DNA of 64,000 nt, taken from positions 20,956,001 through 21,020,000 of the forward strand of contig NC_043008.1 of the NCBI RefSeq assembly GCF_006345805.1, read 5' to 3'. Positions 25,935 through 39,712 of the stretch are shown here, one piece after another (position 1 is the first letter of the stretch; every line of letters starts with the position of its first letter). The DNA is from Octopus sinensis (lineage: Eukaryota). Made by a program: the position numbers and the translations under genes. A model generated the notes under the pieces. It was not told the DNA's origin. It saw nothing but the letters and a program-made list of their open reading frames with translations, and searched no databases.

Positions 25935-25935
25935 T

Positions 25936-25966
<31 letters not shown>

Positions 25967-26173
25967 GGATGGATGGATGGATGGATGGATGGATGGAGGA
26001 TGGATGGATGGATGGAGGATGGATGGATAGAAGATAGATAGATAGATAGATAGATAGATGGATGGATGGATGGATGGATGGATAATAGTAGAGAGATAGA
26101 TAGATAGATACATAGATACATAGATAGATAGATAGATAGATAGATACATAGATAGATAGATAGATAGATAGAT
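25747..26173. repeat. Compound (GATA)n/(GGAT)n microsatellite
   Basis: Alternating GATA and GGAT blocks that give rise to the LSIY/HPSI ORFs. Confidence 0.97.
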
Positions 26174-26176
26174 AAG

Positions 26177-28813
26177 TTTCTTTATTGGCCACACAAGGCT
26201 GCACACAGATGGGACAAGTTACAAGGTAGAGCTTTTCTTTTGGGGGATGAAAAAAACAAAAAACAAAAGAAGCAAAAACAAAAAAAAGGGGTGGCGTAGG
26301 TTTTCGATCAAGAGGGATCGTAAAAGGGAAGAAAAGAACAAAAAAGAATAAATAAAAGAAAAAAGAAAAAAGAAAAATAAAAAAAAAGGAAAAGGAACAA
26401 AAGAAAGGAGAAATGAAAAAAGAAGAAAGAGGGGAAGAGGAAAAAAAAACGATCAATAGGGATCGTGTATCACAGTGTTATGATATATGGTGTAAAGGGG
26501 AAAGCAAGTAAGGTTTATCCGTGGGAAGAAAAGCCTACGAAAAAGACCACGGTAACCTTGGTCAATATTGTTATATGTTACCACATTTGTTTGCAAGTGG
26601 GTAACCCTCTGTTTTCAATTTCTGGGTTCATAGGATTATGCTCAAGGTGGCTTCGTCATTCATACGTGCCATCCTTGCTACATTCACCCATCTTTTTTTG
26701 AAACATTCGCTAGACAAAACTTGCCTCTCTACTCTCACTTTCCTTTTCAAGTGGTACTTGAAGAAGTTGATGAGAGATTGACCAGAGAGGAAAGTGTTTG
26801 TCTCCAATCCTTTCAGACGCGTCCACCAGATACATTCCTTCGCCATAGCCACAAGGATGATGAAAATAGCTCTTCCTTCCCGTTTGAAGGAAGGAGGCGT
26901 GACAATATTGACGATAGACTCAGCTGATAACCGACTCGTCCCACACGTGACAGCAGTTGTTCGACATAAGCCCACAGGTCGGAAATTGTTGGACACTGAA
27001 CGAGTGCGTGCAGAACGGTTTCGTCGCTCTGACCGCATCTCGGGCAGGTCGGCCCCGTGTTTCTCGAGCCGTGTCTGTAGAGCTTATCCCGAACGGGTAG
27101 CGCTTCTCGGTAGCACTGCCAGGCCAGGGATCTCTGGAATTTGTCCATGGGCCCTGGCCCGAATGTCGTCCTGAACAGGCGGGTCAGGTACTCCTCGTCG
27201 ACGTCCAGGTTCGCCCCGAGCTCGTCGTCGTACCTCCCCTCCACTAATCCCCTATAGAATGCTTTGGTTGTGTTGAAGTCACTCAAGGTCGACCCAGGAC
27301 GGCAGAGTTGCTTGAGAGCAACGCGACACTCGCGGAGCCATTCGCCCTTCCTCGGCCTCTTTTTGATCCACAACTGCAGTTCGGTCATGGAGACGAGCTG
27401 CGGGAAAGCGTGCCTCACAAACGGCGACCACACCTGTTCACAGTCGTCTACGAAGAGCCTGAGATGTCGCAGTCTCAGCGCGTGTCTGCGCTTCATCAAC
27501 CACGGCATGCCCAGTCCTCCTTTTAACGGGTGTTGACAGCAAATGGATCGCCTGACCATCGGGACGCATCCTTTCCACAAGAAGCGAAAGAGAATGCGTT
27601 TTAGTTTGGTGATGGTAGGGTCGGGACAAGGCACGACGGTCAGGCGGTAGTAGATGACGGACGCGATGTACGTTTTCGCCACCTCCGCCCGACCTTTTAG
27701 GGACAGTTTCCTCTCGGCCCATTGCCGGGCGAGAGTGACCACCCTACTCGTTATCTCGTTCCAGTTCTTCTCCACTTGGAGGTCCGGACCAAACCAGACC
27801 CCGAGCAACTTAACCGGGCCGTCGGTCCAGCGTCCCACGACGGAGGCGCTGGTGGACGGCATGGGCTTGCTTCTCCAGGTGCCTAGTCGCAAGCCCACTG
27901 ACTTTTCCCGGTTGATTTTCGCTCCTGTCACCGCTTCGTAGTTTTTCAGTGTCTCGCCGAATTGCTCGATGTGCTCGTGGCTAGACACTATGACGGTGAC
28001 GTCGTCCGCGTATGCAGACACGCTCGTCCCGCATCCCAGTTCTCGCGGAGACCCCGCAAAGTTGCCAGCTTCCGCAATAATGGCTCGAGAGTCAATACGT
28101 ATAGAAGCGACGAGAGGGGGCATCCCTGACGGATCGAACGTGCGATGTCGAAGGGTCTCGATAGATGTCCATTCACGCGAATTACCGAACGGATGCCTCT
28201 GTACAAAGCGGCTATCCAGCCGCGGAAGACAGGACCTAAGCCAGCCGCTCTGAGGACCGCCTCCAAGTATCGATGGTCTACCCTATCGAAAGCTTTCGAT
28301 TGATCCAAATTGATCAGCGCCCCACCCATGCCAGGTTCGTTAACTACCCTGTCTATGATGTAGCGCATCAGGTGGAGGTTGTCATGGATGGTCCGGCCTG
28401 GCACAGCGCATGTTTGCGCCTTGTCGACCAGTTTCTCGATGACAAGCGCCAACCTCTTGGCTAGCACCTTGGCCAAAATTTTCAAGTCTGCATTAAGCAG
28501 AGTGATGCGTCTAAAGTTATCTATTACATTTCCCTTGTTTAGATCTTTCTTCGGCAGTGTTACGGCTCCTCGGCTCACAAAACCAGGAATGCTCCCGTTT
28601 TGCTGCCAGTTGCAGTACACCGCCGCCAAGAGATCTCCAAACAAGTCTGGCATACAATTGTAAAGCTCGTAGGGTAGACCATCCAAACCCGGTGATTTGT
28701 CCCTCGACTATTCTGCCATCGCGTCCTGCACTTCCGCCGCCGTGATGGCACCTTCGCAGCACCCTGCCTTTCTTGTCGAGAGTCGTGGTAGGCTATGTAG
28801 GTAGGCACTGTGC
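26177..28813 (-). mobile_element. Tx1/L1-clade LINE, 5'-truncated, with ORF2 RT and C-terminal zinc knuckle (frameshifted)
   Basis: KSPGLDGL, NFRRITLLNADLKILAKVLAKRL, LDQSKAFDRVDH, RQGCPLS (27988-28686); SAYADDVT, KLLGVWFG, CPRCGQSDETVLHALVQC (26813-28123). The 3' UTR has AATAAA then (TATC)n. No endonuclease domain or ORF1 is present. Confidence 0.95.
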
Positions 28814-29194
28814 ATGGATGGATGGATATATACATATATATATAATCAACTTTCTGATTTACAACTGTTTCTGCTATTAGGAGCAATGAACTCAAAGTTT
28901 AGTGCTTGTGCATCTCACTATAGCTTCCTCGGAGCCTTTAAAATAAAGCGTATATTTATTCTGAAAAGCATTTGAATATCTAAAAACATGTAAAAATGCA
29001 TAAGTCACGATATAAAGTTTGAGGGACAAAAGTTTTCCCCAAAATATGCAGATTTACATAATCATGAATACATATACAGGCGAACTAATAAGCGTATATA
29101 AAACTATTCGTACGCATACAGAAATATATAGAAAACATATATATAGAATGTGTGATACACATACATACATACATACATAGAAGTATGCAAGCAC

Positions 29195-29239
<45 letters not shown>

Positions 29240-29242
<3 letters not shown>

Positions 29243-29872
29243 GCATGTCGTTGTGTTTGTTCCCCAGCGCAGCCTGACAACAGGTGTCGGTTTGTTTATG
29301 TCCCTGTAACAAATATCGAGGAAATAAGTAGCAAACTTTTTAAGGAATAAGTACTGGGATAAATTTGTCCGACTAAACCGTTTAAGGCGGTGGCTCGCCC
29401 AGCATGGCCGCAACCCACTGACTGAAACAAGTAAAAACTTTTGAAAAATAAATATCTTAAGTGCAGGCGTGGCTGTGTGGTAAGAAGCTTGCTTCTCGAT
29501 CACATGGTTCTGGTTTCGGTCCCACTGCATGGCACCTTAGGAAACTGTCTTCTACCATAGCCTCAGGCTGACCAAAGCCTTTTGAGTGGATTTGGTTGAC
29601 GGAAATTGCAAGAAAGCGTCGGATATGTATACGTATATATGTATATGCTTGTGTGTGTATGTCTTTATCTCTGTGTTTGCACACCATCACCGCTTGACAA
29701 CCGGTGTTGGTGTGTTTACATCCCCGTAACTTGGCTGTTCGGCAAAACAGATCGATAGAATAAGTACTAGGCCTTAAAAAATAAGTCCTGGGGTTGATTT
29801 GTTCGGTTAAAATCCTTCAACGCGGTTCTCCAGCATGGCCGCAGTCAAAAAGGTTGAAACTAGTAAAAGAAT
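29240..29872 (+). mobile_element. SINE-A tail fragment followed by a full SINE-A
   Basis: Tail at 29240-29437. The full copy at 29459-29872 starts gcaggcgtggctgtgtggtaagaagcttgc. Confidence 0.85.
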
Positions 29873-30669
29873 AAGCGATAAAAAATGAATATCTTACATG
29901 TGTAGCAGAAATATCATTTCATTAGCGATGAGGTTACATGTGAATGTTTCATCTTTTAAATAGTTAAAGAAAAGGAAGATGGACGCAAATGACAGACTAG
30001 TGAGAAATATGAAGATGTGAGCAGGAGGTGGACAATCAATTGGAGTAGCAGCGGGAGGAGCGTTATTGGGTGGGGTACAGTTAGAGGAGGACGTTGTATG
30101 CAAGAAAAGGTAAAATGGAAGAGAGATGAGTGTTTGAGAAAAGGGGTTCAGAGAAACAAAACCTATGATCAATGGATAATAACTATTATCTGATCTTGTG
30201 TAAGCTTACAATAGTAAAATTAATTTAAAATTTAAATTAATGAATTCGATTTCTAGCTAAGTGCAAGAATCAGCTAAAGGTTGTTTTTGATAAATATATA
30301 TGTCAGAAACTTAAACAAAACAGACAATAATTTAATTATATAAATAATTAATGATTATTTGTATTAAGAAAGATATGAGTTTATATTAGATATGACAGGA
30401 AAAATTAATTTAGCTCTCTGTAAAGAGATCAGAGTTCAGTTAGTGTTCAAAATTATAAATAAATATGCAATTTTCTAGTAATTGCATAATTCATGTAATA
30501 ATATCAGTCAAATATATATAACATTCGAAAACTAAGAAAATGACTACAAATACACTTAATTCACACGAACTGAAAGGAAAATAAAATATTCCTGGATATT
30601 CCCTTGAGAATTCGGACAACATTTATAATTAAATAGTTTACAACGGAGTGAGAAAATATGAATTAGTAA

Positions 30670-31046
30670 TCGATGCATATATATATATATATTTATATAC
30701 AAATATATATACATGCATATATACATATACATGCATATATATATACATGCATATATATATATACATACAAATATATATACTTATATATACATACAAATAT
30801 ATATACTTATATATATATACATATATATATACATATATAAAAAATATATATATACTTATATATATATACATATATACATACATGTATATATATATATATA
30901 ATATCATATTATATTATACTATATTACATTATATTATATTTGCATATGTATGTATTTGTAATATATGTATATATATCTGTGTATATATATATATATATAA
31001 ATATATATATATATATGTATGTATGTATTATGTATATATATATGTT

Positions 31047-31077
<31 letters not shown>

Positions 31078-31080
31078 GCA
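30670..31080. repeat. Degenerate (TA)n/(TACA)n block
   Basis: Low-complexity dinucleotide and tetranucleotide arrays. Confidence 0.9.
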
Positions 31081-31210
31081 AAATTCTATCGTATCCATCT
31101 TAATACTTCGGAAAATTCAAAGATTATTTATATTTGTATATAAATAAAGAAAAATACCTACCTCTATCATTTCTACTTGCATACACACATTCATACATAC
31201 ATGCCTCCCC

Positions 31211-31293
<83 letters not shown>

Positions 31294-31694
31294 GTATATA
31301 TCATATATGTGTGTACGTATAGTATGATGTACGCAATGTATATGTTTGGCTGGATGGATGGATGGATGAATGGACGGACGTATCGAATCCACTCTTAAAA
31401 GGTTACTGATTACAATTGAAAGAAGATATTTTATAAGAATTCTCTAAGAGAGTTGCATACAATTTTAAAACACGTCCTCAAACTGGGAAATATCTTTGGT
31501 GCAGTGTATCAATACAATACGCAGGAGAAATCTTGAAGGAGATAAGGCTGCATAAATTGTAAATAATACGATTATTGTTTTTGTGAAAAGTTCATTTGCC
31601 TTTGTAAAGACTTCTCTCTCTCTCCTTCTCTTTCTTTCTCTCCTTCTCTCTCTCTTCTCTCTCACTCTCTTCACACACACATATATATATATAC

Positions 31695-31802
<108 letters not shown>

Positions 31803-31988
31803 CGGAGATGTACTTGCATAGCATCTTGTGCGGCACGAAATTTTCAGTGAAGAACAGGTCGCGGTTTCAAAGCGACAAAAATGTTTTAACAAATTAAATT
31901 TATATGTTGAAGTGAATCTAACGGTTTTTTGTGTGTTTTTAAATGGCTTGTAAACACCTTCCACGATGCATTTGTATATGTATATATA

Positions 31989-32298
31989 TCACCGTGATTA
32001 CCGTCACCGACCAGGCTATCAGATGTTGCTACACATTGCTGGTCACAATGCGCTTCGCATTGCTTTAGCCTTCAAATGACGCCACCCCGCTGGCTAAGCG
32101 AGCAGGCCTTCAGAAGAAAGAGTGAGAGAAAGCTGTGATGAAAGAGTACAGCAGTGATCGCCACCACACCCTACCAGAGCCGCGTGGGGCTTTTAGATGT
32201 TTTCGCTCAATAAACACTCAACGCTTGGTCTGGGACTCGAAACCGAGATCCTACAACCGTGAGTCCGCTGCCTTAACCACTGGGCCATTGCACCTCCA
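31989..32298 (-). mobile_element. SINE-C with an alternative 3' module
   Basis: Head and body as at 13261. The tail reads ggcctgctcgcttagccagcggggtggcgtcatttgaaggct...cacggtga on the minus strand. Confidence 0.85.
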
Positions 32299-32326
32299 CC
32301 CATCCACACACACACACACATATATT

Positions 32327-32385
<59 letters not shown>

Positions 32386-32408
32386 ATATACATATATACA
32401 TATATATA

Positions 32409-32538
<130 letters not shown>

Positions 32539-32619
32539 AGTTAGAAACTTGAGAAACGTGTATCAATAGTCTAATGTTTTGTCTTGTTTTTACTGTGGAA
32601 CTCGCAATAGATAAGACTT

Positions 32620-32823
32620 TTCTTATTTTGGTACAAGGCCTAAAAATCTGAGGGGAAGGAAAGCCGATCACACCAATCCCAGCGTTCAATTGGTACTTAT
32701 TTCATCAACCCCGAAAGGACGAAAGACAGAATTGAACTCGACATTTGAACTCAGAACGCGAGGCCGGAAGAAATGCCGCGACGCATTTCGTTCGGCACAG
32801 TAACGATTTTGCTAGCTCGCTGG
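32620..32823 (-). mobile_element. SINE-B tail2, diverged
   Basis: ggtacttatttcatcaaccccgaaagg...atttgaactcagaacg...gctagctcgc. Confidence 0.7.
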
Positions 32824-33404
32824 TGATGAAGCTATAATCAATAGCGTTTAAATTTATGTTGGTTTCAAAAGCACTTCCGATAGGAAAAGGTGGAAGGCCA
32901 TCACGTTTGCCCGATTTTGGTTCGCATGCCACAGGCTACATTGATCTTTTTCCAGCCCAAGAGACTTTTTAACCCAATATTTAAGATTTATAAACATTAG
33001 GTTCATCTACCTTGAGTCCCACTGTTAAAAATATTGATTTATTTCACGCCTCTTGATGTTTATAAATTCTTATGGCGTAAATAAGATCCAACTCTCGCTG
33101 GTGAAGAACAAAACTTCTAAAATACATGAAAGTATTCCAACGATTACTTTGGACTGTCATAGACATGTGTACCCTTAGCATAATTCGCGGGCAGACAGAA
33201 TCGGTGTGACAGAGTTTTTCAGACAAATAATACCTTTCGAATTGCAGCTATATTCCACTCACAGGGCATTTCTTCAGCTTCCATCTGCCCAATTTCATTC
33301 ACAACGTGTGTGCCGACCTTAGGTTCCAAAACATGTTTTGGGCAAGTTTCTCAGCAGTTGAATAGAACCTGGGATATCTTGTTTGCAAAGCGAACTTCCT
33401 AGTA

Positions 33405-33483
<79 letters not shown>

Positions 33484-34004
33484 TCATGTATATTTATCTA
33501 TTTATTCCCTCCACCTAACAATAACAAACTGTCTACCTCTTCTTGACCACCAAAAAGCAATTGTCTTCTAATTTACCTAAAATCCCATCCCATATATCTG
33601 TTTCTATTCATTTATTCTATTTATTCATTTATTTATTTTCTCACTGGTTCTTCTCATTTCAAAAAACACTCTGGCCTTTTGACCACTCCCCTAAGAACAA
33701 TAGCTTGTGCCCTGTTTATCTCCTAAATACCAACCTACCCAAAAAACGTCCCCCACCACCACTCCATTAAATCTGCCTAAATGCATAAATACCAGAACTT
33801 ATTTTGACAGCCAGCTTCCTGAAGATTTCATCTGAATGAAACAGTTGTAGTCCTGTAGAAGCTCCTTCTATAAAATAAAATATATATATACAGTAGTACC
33901 TCATTTTCGAACAACTCTGATCTAGTATAAATCGTGCTATATATATGTATGTATATATAGATATATAAAGTATTATTACCATTATTAAAAATAACAATAA
34001 TAAT

Positions 34005-34198
34005 CTTTTCTACTCTAGGCATAAATTTTAGAGTAGGGAGCCAGTCGATTAGATATACCTCAGTACGCGACTGGTACTTAATTTATCGACCCCGAAAGGA
34101 AGAAAGGCAAAGTCGACCTCGGCGGAATTTGAACTCAGAACGTAAAGACAGACGAAATACCGCCCGGCGTGCTAACGATTCTGCCAGCTCACCGCTTT
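34005..34198 (-). mobile_element. SINE-B tail2
   Basis: ttctactctaggca...tttatcgaccccgaaagg...ctgccagctcaccgc. Confidence 0.87.
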
Positions 34199-34372
34199 AA
34201 AATAACAATAATAATGAAGTGGCCAGCAAGTTTAACCTAAATAGGTAAAATATGAGAATAAGTTAGGGTACCGAAATACCACTTGCTTGAAACAGGAGTT
34301 AATACCCCAAAACCACAAATTTCTCACTATTAAGGAAACACGCGCGGTGAATGTTACAAATATAGTGAATGG

Positions 34373-34760
34373 ATGGAAGCACTCCGTCGGTTACGACGAC
34401 GAGGGTTCCGGTTGATCCGAATCAATGGAACAGCCTGCTCGTGAAATTAACGTGTAAGTGGCTGAGCACTCCACAGACACGTGTACCCTTAACGTAGTTC
34501 TCGGGGATATTCAGCGTGACACAGAGAGGGACAAGGCCGGTCCATTGAAATACAGGTACAACAGAAACAGGAAGTAAGAGTGAGAGAAAGTTGGGGTGAA
34601 AGAGTACAGCAGGGATCACCACCAACCCCTGCCGGAGCCTCGTGGAGCTTTTAGGTGTTTTCGCTCAATAAACACTCACAACGCCCGGTCTGGGAATCGA
34701 AACCGCGATCCTATGACCGCGAGTCCGCTGCCCTAACCACTGGGCCATTGCACCTCCACT
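34373..34760 (-). mobile_element. SINE-C full length with 13-bp TSD
   Basis: TSD atatagtgaatgg at 34360-34372 and 34761-34773. This copy carries a third type of 3' module. Confidence 0.93.
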
Positions 34761-35282
34761 ATATAGTGAATGGTCTATAAATGAAATACAGAAGCATCTT
34801 TCTTTTATCTTTCATCCTATACTCGTTTCAGCGACTGGACTGCAGTAAGCAATCGAGTTACCGTCAACGAAACCTACTCAGAACACATTGGTGAGCCTCA
34901 GGGCTACGGAAGAAGAGACTTGCCCAAGATGCCGAATATAAGAGACTGCAAAGCGAACTTCTTAACCGTACAACCACGGCTATTCAATAGTTATTTTTAT
35001 AAACCAGAAATATGTAACCGGAAAAATAAATTAGGTTCATCTACTTTGAGTTCTACTGTTAAAAATATCGATTTATTTCGCGCCTCTTGGTGGTTATAAA
35101 TTCTTATAGCGTAAACAACATACAACACTTTCTGGCAAAGAACAAAACTTCTAAAATAGATGAAGGAATTCGAAGGATTGCTTTGGGATGTCGTATTTAT
35201 ACAAGATGTGTAAGGGTTGTTTAACACGGCATTATTCATTGCTTTATATACTTCGACTTCTACCATTAATAAAAACAATAGT

Positions 35283-35490
35283 GACCGGTTCGCGTTACAC
35301 CTCTGAGACATTAGACTCGGCAACGATACCTCGGTCTCGCGCCATTTCCGCTTTACCGGTCATTCATTACAACACCTGTCTGTATTTCGACTGTCTTTGC
35401 ACAGGGGCCATCCGGACTCCCGCCTTCGCCATGAACAAGAATTAATCTTCTCTCTTCACTCCTTTACGCCACATCGGCTCAACTCCCTCC
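35283..35490 (+). pseudogene. Penelope-like GIY-YIG endonuclease C-terminus
   Basis: DRFALHL*DIRLGNDTSVSRHFRFTGHSLQHLSVF..RLRHEQELIFSLHSFTPHRLN matches the R...H / V..HF / EQ.LIF.L.T..P.GLN end of PLE ORFs. A C/T-rich UTR and (TA)n follow. Confidence 0.7.
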
Positions 35491-36497
35491 CACCTTCATC
35501 TGACTCCCCTCTTCTCCTTTCTTCACTTCTATCCACCTCTCCTCTCTTATCCTTGCACCTACTTCATCTCTTCACTCTTATCCACCTTCTCCCTTCATCG
35601 TTACCCCTCCATCCACACCACACCCCTAAACAAGCTATATATATATATATATAATATATATATATATATACAGAGGGAGAGAGAGAGATCAAAGTGTACG
35701 TACGCCGCTATATGCTTTAAATATAGAAAATACAAAATGGGACAAGAACGCAAAACATCCAGACATTTAGGTGATACAAAACAGGGACAACAAAGCATCC
35801 AGATTGACGATACAAAGAAAACAAGTACGGGTCATTCAGAGTTTTTTCCTCAGTTGAGTTCCAGATTAACTTTGCGATTTCGGCTGGTTATACTCGAGAT
35901 TGCTCCAATCTGGCCAGCCCCAAGGAAAAACTATGCTAAGAGCATTAGATTCCTTGGAAGAAAGCAGTAAATGTATACGAAAACATCTCGTATCCCTGTG
36001 TTTGCATACTGGGTCTAGATAAAGGATTGAGATGATTGGGACAGTAGCTGTTATGTAATTGGCCCAGGGATGCCACTAATGGTTTTTCCACCTAGATCTG
36101 GGTTTTCTGGAGCAATGATGGGTTTATGGGTTTTAATTTCCAAACTCATCTTTTAAAGAGAATTCGGTGTCGTCCTCTTTGTATGCAATATATACCAAAG
36201 TTTGCACCCCTTCTAATACTTGGAAAACTATCTATATATTACCCATAATCATCTCACGTAATGAATTTATCGATACAAATATTGTATGTGATGTAATTAC
36301 CGATCGTACCTGTGTCATACCGCACAACTACAAGTTACAACGCGTTGGTGGCCGTTTGTACACTTGTCTGAAACTCTGACACCGCCAGTTGACAGCTTGA
36401 CTGCGTTGACGGTGTACGCTTCGATTGCTACTCGCGATTTTAAATTTGTTTGACAACATTTTGAGTGAGTGATTTTTTGGTAACCCTTTGCGAAGTA

Positions 36498-37070
36498 ATG
36501 GCAGACAATAGTGTGTCCCAAAAGAAGAAGTAGTACATCCAAAATTTCAAGAAGTCGTGGTCGGAGGATGCTGAGCTTAAAGACTGGTTACGGCAAGATG
36601 ATAAAAATCCTGATACCTGATACTGAGTTTATTGCAACGTTGTGTTGAAAAATGCTAGCAAATCAATGCTGTTATCTCATAAAAACACGGCCAAACACAA
36701 GAAAGCTTTTGATTATGTGAAATCTTCTATTAAATTAGATTCATTTACTGTTAAAAAAAATAGATGATACATTAAATGAGAAAGTAGCTAAGGCAGACTT
36801 GCTACTAATAGGTTATGTTGCTGAACATCACGTACCTTTCATCCATATAAATCACTTAGCTGAAATTTGTAAAAAGGCCTTTCCCGATAGCGAAATAGCT
36901 AAAAGTCTGCAAATGAAAAAATGAAATTACTATACATTATGCAAGACGGAATTGCACATTATGAACGAAATGAAATTTTGGAAATTCTCAAGAAACAAAA
37001 GTTTTCATTATTGATAGCTGAGAGTATGGACATCTCAGTGAAACAAATCTTGACAATAGTTGTTCGGTTT
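36498..37070 (+). pseudogene. hAT-superfamily transposase N-terminal remnant
   Basis: A decayed zinc finger (Y*VYC...H..T.KH), then VAEHHVPF..FPDSEIAKSL, then KFSLLIAESMDISVKQILTIVVRF (FS..DESTD first catalytic motif with D to A). It has stops and frameshifts and is cut by a SINE-B head at 37071. Confidence 0.75.
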
Positions 37071-37704
37071 TAAGGCGGAGAGCTGGTAGAAACGTTAGCT
37101 CGCCGGGCGAAATGCTCCATCATGGCCACAGTCGACTGAAACAATATAAGAATATAATATAAGAATAAAAGAATACGAAAGAAAAGTCGCTAAGCATTTT
37201 CTGCGACAAGGAAACACGGTTAGTACTTTATATAATCATCCTCTTAAGAGTGAATGACGGAAAGAGCTGTAAAAAAATACCAGTAATATCAGCGATAATA
37301 ACAACAATTGCAAAAACAGCGATGGTGACGATAACAAGAATGATGTCGTTCTTTCATTGCCACATGGCAAAAGATGAATGCATCATATTTGAAGCGCTAT
37401 CTGTTGGTAAACATCCAGATAAAAGTAACGCCATCAATGACATCTAAGGGACATCGTCCTTTCAAGCTATTTGAAAGAAAATTTGTGAACAAAGGAAAGA
37501 ATGAAGTACGCAAGAATTGTTTCTTCCAATTTAATTTTTCTCTGCTTTTCCTATCGACTCGGTATTTTCCAACAGTAACAGTGAAAAGGAAATCTAAACA
37601 GGTTTTTTAACCCCAGATTAAATTGCGTCAACCCAGATTAAGCGGTCCGGACCCAGTTTAAGTTGTATAAGCATTGTAGGACAAAAGAGAAAATCAGCTA
37701 CAAT

Positions 37705-38119
37705 GGCTGAGCTGGCAGAAACGTTGGCACGCCGGGCGAAATGCTTAGCGGTATTTCGTCTGCCGCTACGTTCTGAGTTCAAATTCCGCCGAGGTCGACT
37801 TTGCCTTTCATCCTTTCGGGGTCGATTAAATAAGTACCAGTTACGCACTGGGGTCGATGTAATCAACTTAATCCGTTTGTCTGTCCTTGTTTGTTTGTTC
37901 CCTCTGTGTTTAGCCCCTTGTGGGTAATAAAGAAATAGGTATTTCGTCAGCCACTACGTTCTGAGTTCAAATTCCGCCGAGGTCGACTTTGCCTTTCATC
38001 CTTTCGGGGTCGATTAAATAAGTACCAGTTACGCACTGGGGTCGATGTAATCAACTTAATCCGTTTGTCTGTCCTTGTTTGTTCCTTCTGTATTTAGCCC
38101 CCTGTGGCCAATAAAGAAA
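37705..38119 (+). mobile_element. SINE-B dimer (tail1-tail1)
   Basis: Head-core-tail1, rejoined at ggtatttcgtc to a second core-tail1. Confidence 0.9.
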
Positions 38120-39712
38120 TATATTATGAAAATCCACGTAAAACAGCTAAGATTGAGAAACTAGTCAAAGATTTGGATATGAAATAAACTTAACTTTTGA
38201 AAGCATTGGTAGACGAATAGTTAAAACACTGACTTTGAATACGATTGCTATTATTGAATAAATTTCCGATTTTTGTTTATTATGCATCGCTGGACAATCT
38301 GTTAGCTGTCTTTTTTTTTTTTCTAGAAGGCCATTGTAAAAGATATTCTGTTTTAGTGTAACATAATTCGGATTGAATTCACTAATTTAAAATCTTTTTG
38401 TCTCAATTTTCAAGAAGTGAGTTCTTGTAATTATTAATTTTTAATTAAAATGGAAAATAGATGCTCTCTATGAATACACGCTCAAAGCGTGGAATTAGCC
38501 TTCGGTGATACAAGAATACAAATAAAACCAAAATTAAAAATAACCAACGACTGTTATCTGTCTACATATGAAGTTGTAATAATCCTTGTCAACTACAACA
38601 ATGGAAGTTTTTACTGTTTCTTTATTTCAGTCAGTAACTACAGGTTATTCAAAATTTTATTAAAGATTTGGTATAACAAACTTTTAACAAGAATCATAGT
38701 GACTAAAATCGATCTCAAATAACGGCGGTTGTCGAGCCAAGTATAATCAAATAATTCAATGCAGTTTTGAAGAAATAACGAATGAGGAGACATTTTCGAC
38801 GTGTCTAATTGTTCTAATTCATTATGTGAATATTCTAGTCTCGGTTTAACATGCAAATATTCTATGAATTGCATTTAAATATTCTAATTCAGTGCTATAG
38901 AATAAATCTACATAGGGTGTCGTGGTTTCGAGTTCAAGACGAGGTGGCGTGATTTAACCTAAAGCCAGGCAATCATTTCTCTAAGTTCCAACTGAAAAAT
39001 GAATACCACCAATAAAAGAATTTTGACAAACCTGATTGATTGATTGACCGAACGATTACTCAAATAAGCGTTTTAATAACTCGGTTAAATGTTAATAGTT
39101 ATAAAAGATCTGAAATAGAACCGGAGCGTGTGTTTATTATTGGCATAATGGCCCTCCCGAGATGCAACCAAATCTGTTTCGTCTCACAAATTCATGTCAA
39201 GAATCTTGCAAACGAAATGCAAAAAACGAATTAATTCAATGCGTATTCAATACAGCAGCTTGTTTAATTACTATCATATTTCATCAATACAGATTGTATT
39301 AATTTACTCGTAGCATGCACACTCCTGGATTTCATTTAATCATTGAATATTTACTTAATTCAAATTTCTAACAGTACATGTTGTTTTAGCAATATTGGAG
39401 ATATCAATTTACTTATGAAAATTATTGCCGTCATTTGATTTGGAATATTGATAATCAGAAAAGAATCTGAAACCAAATTTTCCGTGATGTACCTGTATTT
39501 ATTTAATCATTTGTTCTCCACAAACTTGAGTCTTTTTTTCTATACTTTATGTTATATTTATGAAAAACAATATATTCTTAATACTGTTATATGTACATCC
39601 GCATAGCATCTTCAACCTTACGTACATATATTTCAACAGCCTTCATTTAAATTCAACAGCCTAGCGCTTCTAAGATTACCCACATTAAGAGCAACTAGAT
39701 ATTATCAAACAT

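Noticed and set aside
35031-35192. Shared open frame between the 33.0 and 35.0 kb repeats as duplicated exons
   Set aside because: A hand count gives 6 synonymous versus 13 replacement codon differences, one of them a stop, which is consistent with neutral decay.
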